DNA of 64,000 nucleotides from Candidatus Palauibacter polyketidifaciens (GTDB lineage Bacteria; Gemmatimonadota; Gemmatimonadetes; Palauibacterales; Palauibacteraceae): NCBI RefSeq assembly GCF_947581785.1, contig NZ_CANPVO010000038.1, positions 117,049 to 181,048 of the forward strand, read 5' to 3'. Shown piece by piece: positions 60,301 to 64,000 of this stretch (position 1 is its first letter; each line of letters starts with the position of its first letter). The notes under the pieces were generated by a model. It saw only the letters and a program-made list of their open reading frames with translations, ran no database searches and was not told where the DNA came from. The position numbers and the translations under genes were made by a program.

Positions 60301-60487
60301 GCGCGGTGGAATCCCGGGGCACGGAGTCCTGCGGCAGGGAGTCCCGCCCTGCGACCACCACCGTGTCGGTGTCCGCCCGTGCCGTGAACTCGAGGGGGCG
60401 GGCTCCCGCGGGCGCGGCGCGCGCGGTTTCGGTTGCGCCGAGACCGCCGAGCAGGGCCGCCAGCGCGAGGAGCGTGCGCAGCCTCAG
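57392..60487 (-). CDS. LptD/OstA-family outer-membrane protein (putative LPS-assembly protein)
   Basis: OstA-like N-domain and C-terminal barrel segments (SDDIVVAWPVTLYIQNVPVAWLPFF; FGYYFAGNDFMDAQATADWFSGRFTRLNGAFRYRS). A signal-peptide-like segment is encoded upstream of the first ATG (60361) in the same frame. The 5' boundary is uncertain. Confidence 0.5.
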   Translation of the reverse strand: MRLRTLLALAALLGGLGATETARAAPAGARPLEFTARADTDTVVVAGRDSLPQDSVPRDSTARDTLDVPVADSTAAGDSAAVGDSAAVGDSAAVDSPAVGDSSAVAAAVADSVVADTVDAGPPDPPFPQQDDIFGQLLGEPGYQAIQYQGRGVELDVDRQRVQLNREAQVMYEQSTIDADTITYEAGLQFVRGCGNISLSGEGENVISDECLNYDVSSTKGTVVDARTSFAQQGADWFIRGLMTMRGSGTAFVETGNFTSCDLDEPHYYFRAGQIKVVSDDIVVAWPVTLYIQNVPVAWLPFFAQDIREERRSGFLPPRFGFNDVVASSSNARRSITDFGYYFAGNDFMDAQATADWFSGRFTRLNGAFRYRSIKKFFRGNVIASYSFGNEKTLQFQMRHNHELTPVTDIRVNANFISNTSVFERQTFDPTVQTQRIASDVGVQHRFPFASVNLSGSRRQDLGAQKGRTDLTLPKLQMTFSPLTLFRAPRNRSGPLNNIVVNGAFSASRLDRTQEENDGKRTEVASANSAIRIGSFGVSGRTNFNRNTVLPFQPMPGADTTASATPGSVSKLDYGAQAEYQIDLVGSTTLRPTLSIDASRFQSDDTNGDFITAPTRLRFGAAVSTDLYGFFPGVGPFERIRHKVSPRFHYDYSPAVEASDSLLAIPGFPVSNSKQENRLRITLNQTFEAKLREEVELDPEAEALLEGRSLEADSTDLESGAATTEADSLAAAGDSAGVQAPEAEPAEEDPDEAARGLAAAPQAAPAGTGPDTGDPNAPRRAQPRRNVVLLGINSSPLTFDWSRENESPLTTDRWSHRINSDLLRGLSLNMSLDLFDGTGEDRMFAPILSSLTGSFTFSSASGLGGLLGLGGGGGGGGSDPQNRLRNAADSRYRLQSFDENPDPADPGLRAGGPWTLALTYSLQRGRAEQSAQDRQSLNAVLSLNPSPSWRLAWRTTYNLTNKEFGEHLITLDRSLHRWIATFMFARSPNGNFIFQMSVSLQDAPDLKFDYDQQTQDGQGGFGGGGLGPRRF
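60181..60275. repeat. about 5 tandem copies of an 18-nt unit (GAGTCGCCGACCGCTGCC and variants) inside the LptD-like gene
   Basis: Two perfect and three degenerate units read directly. They encode (AVGDSA)n on the minus strand. Confidence 0.6.
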
Positions 60488-61284
60488 ACCGAGCTTCCTT
60501 CCCCCGATGTCCCCTCCGCGGCCCGCTCCTCCCGGCGCCGCCGGAGCACGCGGGTCATGATCACGGACACCTCGTAGAGAAACATCATCGGCAGCATCAT
60601 CGCGAGCATCGTGTACGGGTCGGCGGGCGTGAGGAAGGCCGAGACCACAGCCATCACGACGATCGCGTGACGCCGGTACTTCGCGAGCCCCTCCGGCGTC
60701 ACGATCCCGAGCAGCGACAGGAAGACGAGCGCCACCGGCAACTCGAAGATGAGCCCGAACGCCAGGATCAACCGGACCGCGAAGGTCAGATACTCGTTGA
60801 TCATGATGACGGGATTGAGCTGGTCGAAGGTGAAGAAATTGAGCAGGATCCTGAGCCCGAGCGGCAGGACCAGGAAGTACGCCATGGAGATGCCGGCGAT
60901 GAAGAGGATGGTTCCGGAGGCGATCGCCGGGATGGCGAACCTGCGCTCGCTTTCGTACAGGGCCGGCGAGAGGAAACCCCAGGCCTGCCAGGCGAGGTAG
61001 GGGAAGGCCGCGATGAGGCCCACGATGAAGCCGAGCTTGAGGATGGTGATGAACGGCGTCGTCACACTGGAGTAGTTCAGCGCCTCGCCCGGGAGGAGAT
61101 CCGCGATCGGCCGCTGGACGATGCCGAGCACGTCCAGCTGCGTGACGGCCACGAGCCCGATGACCATGCCGACCAGGAGCGCGAGGAGCGCCCGGATCAG
61201 GCGGGTGCGAAGCTCATCCAGGTGATCCAGGAAGGGCATCTCCGCCTGATTGGTCGCACCCTGGGTCTGTCGCCGCAGCCTCAT
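60484..61284 (-). CDS. tatC: twin-arginine translocase subunit TatC
   Basis: FLDHLDELRTRLIRALLALLVG plus 6 TM helices. The start overlaps the nrdR stop. Confidence 0.85.
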   Translation of the reverse strand: MRLRRQTQGATNQAEMPFLDHLDELRTRLIRALLALLVGMVIGLVAVTQLDVLGIVQRPIADLLPGEALNYSSVTTPFITILKLGFIVGLIAAFPYLAWQAWGFLSPALYESERRFAIPAIASGTILFIAGISMAYFLVLPLGLRILLNFFTFDQLNPVIMINEYLTFAVRLILAFGLIFELPVALVFLSLLGIVTPEGLAKYRRHAIVVMAVVSAFLTPADPYTMLAMMLPMMFLYEVSVIMTRVLRRRREERAAEGTSGEGSSV

Positions 61285-61802
61285 CGGCCCTGGTCGCCTC
61301 CTGCCGAGAACAGATCGACTTGCCCGGCCGCGCTGTGCCCGGCGCGTCGGAGCAGTTGTCCGAGTTGTCGCACTTCTTCCATGAACTCCGTGGTGTCCTG
61401 GAAGTTCCGATACACGCTGGCGAAGCGCACGTACGCAACCTGGTCCAGCGCGCGGAGCCGTTCCATGACGAGTTCTCCCAGCCGCAGGCTCGCGATGTCC
61501 CGCAGGTCCTCGGCCGCCATCTGGCCTTCGACTTCATCCACGAGAAGCTCGATATCGTGGTTCGACACGGGTCGCTTCGCGCAGGCCACGCGGATGGAGG
61601 CGAGGAGCTTCCCGCGGTCGTAGGTCTCCGAGCCACCGTCCTTCTTCATGACGAGCAGAGGCTCTTCCTCGGCCTGTTCGTAGGTCGTGAAGCGTTCGCC
61701 GCAGGAGAGGCACTCGCGCCGGCGGCGGATGACCCGGCCGCCGCGACTCGTGCGGGAGTCGACGACCCGCGCCTCCGGATGGTTACAGCGGGGACACTGC
61801 AC
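61281..61802 (-). CDS. nrdR: transcriptional repressor NrdR
   Basis: Zn-ribbon CPRCNHPEARVVDSR...CLSCGERFTT plus ATP-cone. GTG start. Confidence 0.9.
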   Translation of the reverse strand: MQCPRCNHPEARVVDSRTSRGGRVIRRRRECLSCGERFTTYEQAEEEPLLVMKKDGGSETYDRGKLLASIRVACAKRPVSNHDIELLVDEVEGQMAAEDLRDIASLRLGELVMERLRALDQVAYVRFASVYRNFQDTTEFMEEVRQLGQLLRRAGHSAAGQVDLFSAGGDQGR

Positions 61803-61822
61803 GGTAGCCTGCCGTCACCGGA

Positions 61823-61989
61823 CTAGTGTGGTGTCGCAGAAATCCCACGGCCATTCGAGCGCCGATGCATCCGCCCCTGCGGCGTTGCTCCTCCTCGCAA
61901 TAGCTCTGCTATTACTCGTCGGAGCGCCTTGCAGGATCCGGCGCCTCGACGCTCTCGGTGGCTCGCGGATCTCTGCGACACCACACTAG
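61823..61989. repeat. 18-bp perfect inverted-repeat pair (CTAGTGTGGTGTCGCAGA / TCTGCGACACCACACTAG) 131 bp apart, enclosing a second palindrome AATAGC-TCT-GCTATT (61899-61913)
   Basis: Read directly. The left arm is 20 nt upstream of the nrdR start. The right arm overlaps the ybgF/cpoB stop codon. Confidence 0.6.
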
Positions 61990-62786
61990 CCGCCCAGCCT
62001 CTCGCGTTCCCGGCGGGCCTCCGGCGCCTCGGGACTGTTCGGATAGCCGCTCTCGATCTGGGCGAACAACCGCCTCGCCACCGCAGTGTTGCCCCGTCCC
62101 GCTTCGATCATCCCTCGGCGGAATAGCGCCGCGGGAGCCCGGCTCGAATCCGGATAGAGTTCCGTAAGCCGACGGTACTCCTCGAGCGCACTGCCGGGAT
62201 CCTCCGCGTCCTCATAGGTGCGCGCCACCCAGTACTGGGCATCGGGCGCGAATTCATGGCCGCCGTAGACGGCGAGGAAATCGCGGAAGGCGTCGCGTGC
62301 GGTCTCGATGTTGCCGCGCTGGTACATGTCGAGCGCCAACGCGTAGAACTGGGACGCCTCGTCCGACCCGGATGCGGCGGAGGCGTCGGGGTTCGACTCG
62401 GCGCCGACCGGACCCGCGGCGGGCGGGCCCGCGCCCGCCGATCCCGGGAAGCCCATCGGCGAGGGGGTCCCCTGGCGACGCTGATTCTCGTAGATGTCGT
62501 TGAGCAACTGGTTGTTCTGGGCGGACATCTCTATGAGCTGCTCGAAGAGACCCTCGATCCGCTGGATCCGCCGGTCGAGTTCACTGCGGCCCGTCGTCTC
62601 CCGGCGTTGGCTCGAACTCTCGATCGATTCGAGATCCGCCTGAACCGCGTCCGCCAGCTGGCGCTGACCCTCGGCGAGAACTGCGATGTCTTCCCGCAGG
62701 GCGTCCCCCAACGTCTCGACATCGCCCCGGGACGCGCAGGCGGCGGCCGCAACGCCCAACAGCACGGCGACCGCCGCATTCCGCAT
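61986..62786 (-). CDS. Tol-Pal system protein YbgF/CpoB (coiled-coil plus TPR)
   Basis: Signal peptide, a coiled-coil N-terminus with Gln-rich heptads, and a C-terminal TPR (FYALALDMYQRGNIETARDAFRDFLAVY...). Directly downstream of pal. Confidence 0.7.
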   Translation of the reverse strand: MRNAAVAVLLGVAAAACASRGDVETLGDALREDIAVLAEGQRQLADAVQADLESIESSSQRRETTGRSELDRRIQRIEGLFEQLIEMSAQNNQLLNDIYENQRRQGTPSPMGFPGSAGAGPPAAGPVGAESNPDASAASGSDEASQFYALALDMYQRGNIETARDAFRDFLAVYGGHEFAPDAQYWVARTYEDAEDPGSALEEYRRLTELYPDSSRAPAALFRRGMIEAGRGNTAVARRLFAQIESGYPNSPEAPEARRERERLGG

Positions 62787-63430
62787 TTAGATGTCTCCGT
62801 CCGTGATGACGAACTCACCGCGACGGTTCTGCCGCCACGCCGACTCGTTGCTCCCCCGGGCCAGCGGCATCTCCTCCCCGAACGTCACGACATCGAAGCG
62901 GCTGGCATCGAGCCCCAGGTTGGAGAGATAGTCGACCGCCGCCTGGGCCCTTCTCAGGCCGAGCGCCTGGTTGTACTCCAGGGAGCCCCGCTCGTCGCAA
63001 TGGCCCTCGACCCGGAGGCGGATGCCGGACCGATCCCGCAGCGCGTCCGCCTTGCTCTGCAGAATCGCGGCAGCCGCGTCGGTGATGGCGGATTCGTTGT
63101 AGTCGAAGTGAATCCGCGCAACGATCGCCTCGCCCGCCATGGCGCGCTCGATATCCGCGGGCGCGGACTCCGCGCACGTCGTGCCTGGATAATCGCTTAC
63201 GGCCTGCTCGAGCAATCGGCGCGCGGTCGCGTAATCGCCCTCCTCCATGGCCGCCATCGCCTGATCGCAGAGCCGGGCAGCAGCAGCTTCGCGCTGCGCG
63301 CTGTCATCCACGGCCGGGGGCGGCGGGGGTGGCGGGGGCGGCGGTACCGGCTCCGGTTCCGGGTTGCCGCTACACGCAGTCGCCAGAAGTGCCACGAGAA
63401 GAATGGGAGCGAATCGGTGGCTCAGCTTCA
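62787..63430 (-). CDS. pal: peptidoglycan-associated lipoprotein (OmpA family)
   Basis: Lipobox LLATACSG and a poly-Pro linker. OmpA-like C-terminus (IHFDYNESAIT...LRVEGHCDERGSLEYNQALGLRRA). Confidence 0.85.
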
Positions 63431-63581
63431 TCGAGGTCTCCTTGTTTGCCAGTCGCGGGACGAGAATTCGGCGAGGACAGGGCGAACGTCGGCGCTGAAA
63501 ACGCTGACCCGATCCCGGTTTCAACACGGATTCGTAACCTATCGCAGACCCGTCAAGTCGCAACCCGCAGGACGATTGCGG

Positions 63582-64000
63582 TCATGAGCCCGGCGGGATC
63601 GGGGGCGACCAGTCCGGGAGACCGTCGAGTCGTCCCGCCGTGAGGGGCCGGGACCTCCCCGTGAAGACATCGAGGATCCAGACGGTCGAGCCCTGGGCGT
63701 CGATCGACGAAAAGACGAGATGACGGCCGTCGGGCGCCCAGCTGGGGTCCTCGCTCTCGCCGCGCCGGGTCAGCATGCGCCGGTCGGTGCCATCCGGGTT
63801 CACCGTGAAGATCTGCCAGCGGCGATCGCTCAGGGCCGAATACGCGATCCGGTCGCCGTTCGGCGACCAGTCCGGGCCAGCCGCGTTGGTGTCCTCCCGC
63901 GGGTGGTAGATGCTGATGCGGCGGGCCGGGCCTCCCGAGACGCGACGGACGTAGACCTGCTGCTCGTTGGCCGGATCGGCCTCGTACGCGAACGACTCTC
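63582..64000 (-). CDS. tolB: TolB beta-propeller protein, C-terminal part (5' end beyond the window)
   Basis: WD40-like TolB blades (PDWSPNGDRIAY...; NPDGTDRRMLT...SWAPDGRHLVFSS). The reading frame is open to the window edge. Confidence 0.75.
   Translation of the reverse strand, partial: ESFAYEADPANEQQVYVRRVSGGPARRISIYHPREDTNAAGPDWSPNGDRIAYSALSDRRWQIFTVNPDGTDRRMLTRRGESEDPSWAPDGRHLVFSSIDAQGSTVWILDVFTGRSRPLTAGRLDGLPDWSPPIPPGS

Overview
High-GC (~70%) window from a diderm bacterium, inferred from the LptD-like, Pal, TolB, YbgF, LolA-like, Lnt and TonB-dependent receptor genes. The lineage cannot be fixed from sequence alone; a Gemmatimonadota-like MAG is a guess. Most of the window is housekeeping:
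- trxB, a men operon (menF-menD-menB-menA-menE) and hemL-lnt-rimO.
- A lolA-like gene next to ftsK, then accB/accC, efp-pepP-aroQ, a PpiD-like chaperone, tatA/tatC, nrdR and ybgF-pal-tolB.
- A ~24 kb co-directional minus-strand block (29.6-53.6 kb) with many start/stop overlaps.

The non-housekeeping content is:
- A low-GC leader followed by an XRE-HTH/ImmA(COG2856) metallopeptidase gene tightly coupled to a PIN-domain gene, a candidate toxin-antitoxin or defence module.
- An OsmC-family peroxidase gene interrupted by an in-frame TGA exactly at the catalytic Cys position, with a GG-loop hairpin about 20 nt downstream, a candidate selenoprotein.
- A five-gene cluster of secreted beta-propeller proteins (two paralogous FG-GAP plus LVIVD/choice-of-anchor-B proteins bracketing a YVTN propeller and a VCBS-repeat lipoprotein), followed by a PQQ-type soluble sugar dehydrogenase.
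- A 1071-aa Ig/Calx-beta/LRR/metzincin multidomain lipoprotein.
- An 18-bp perfect inverted repeat pair flanking the nrdR upstream region.

Many long ORFs on the opposite strand of real genes are GC-driven shadows and are rejected. No rRNA, tRNA or CRISPR was recognised.
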